This document shows positions 63,100 through 64,000 of a stretch of DNA of 64,000 nt, in pieces. Numbering within the stretch: position 1 is the stretch's first letter; each line of letters starts with the position of its first letter. The position numbers were made by a program, and so were the translations under genes. The notes beneath the pieces were generated by a model. It was not told the origin of the DNA. It made no database searches and was given only the letters and a program-made list of their open reading frames with translations. Source of the stretch: Negaprion brevirostris (taxonomy: Eukaryota); assembly GCA_030324005.1 (NCBI GenBank), contig JARDVH010000059.1, positions 68,379,957-68,443,956 on the forward strand, written 5' to 3'.

Positions 63100-64000
63100 C
63101 TGTGAATAAACAAAGCAGATATAGTAACTTTGAAAAAAAGCTATTATTCTGTGTACAATTATAAAAATGTACAAACAAAATAATAAATTTCAAACAATTC
63201 TCCTACCTAGATAACAATGTCCAGAGTATGAATTATTAGAAAAAAAACAAAAATCCAGTTAAATGTCAACATGGCTGACAGGATTTATTTTAAAACTTTA
63301 AGCTGCATAGCATCAATTTGTTATACATGACGTAATTTGTTTAAAATGGGTCTGTCACTGCAGTTGCATACTTTGGCTCCATTGTCCAAATGCTTAGAGC
63401 CTTTTCTCCAAAGAAATGTTTGCAAGACCACTGTATAAAACTGGAAGCAGCCAAACATTAAAACACAGGCTGGCTTCTGTATTTGTGATCAGCTAACCTG
63501 TGACTACTGGATTCCAGGATTAATGATGTTTTAGTGTGATTTGTCTCTGCTAATAGCACAAACATATTTTGATTTACCATTTGGTTCTACCGAAAGCATC
63601 AGTCTCCAGTTAATCCATCATTCACAATCACATAAAAAACCAATGTACAAGAATCTGTCTGTACAGACTGAAGGAACACAATAAAATTGTCGAGGTTTAT
63701 GGAAAGATGGACAGAAACAGGAATTAACGATTTATATGGTGACATCCACAAAATGAAATCTACGTGAACTGCTGAAAAGAGGTAAGAGGAAAGTGCAACA
63801 GCAAGGTACTGTTTCTCTTGCGTCAACAAATATGCGTATTTTACTTTGGATTTACTTTGTTAGTGTCGAGTCCTAAGGTTTGGACTTGCTATGACAGTGC
63901 CATTTAAAAGTCTCCACAAAATCCATTTTAGCAATCCAGTCTTCAGTGTCCCCGCACTACTTACCTTTCATGTACACCGAACTGTAGCATAAGACCAATT

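Noticed and set aside
63958-64000. Strong minus-strand donor AAG|gtaagt at the window end
   Set aside because: Preceding sequence does not resemble the expected upstream NCOA2 exon (ending FPPNY in human, from memory); cannot be supported here.

Overview
Eukaryotic, AT-rich vertebrate genomic DNA, most likely from a shark (inferred from HE1/V-SINEs, Deu-domain SINEs, CR1, Rex/Babar and Penelope-like repeats), in a gapped assembly. Two genes are clearly recognisable, both on the minus strand and in the vertebrate order NCOA2 -> PRDM14. (1) The 3' end of NCOA2: three coding exons at 63099-62922, 61226-61028 and 48715-48704, plus a ~5.7 kb 3' UTR down to ~43.0 kb. (2) PRDM14: seven coding exons from 23547 to 18087, two of them cut by N gaps. 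A third, unidentified minus-strand terminal exon lies at 615-407 and encodes a tyrosine-rich, receptor-tail-like peptide. Most of the rest is decayed transposons, including three Penelope-like families carrying eroded minimal hammerhead ribozyme motifs. I found no CRISPR, rRNA or true tRNA genes, and no evidence of a wholly new system. The best leads are the orphan exon, the apparently missing penultimate NCOA2 exon, the miR-137/miR-200 block in the NCOA2 UTR and the ribozyme-bearing retroelements. Comparisons with human sequences are from memory and need alignment.
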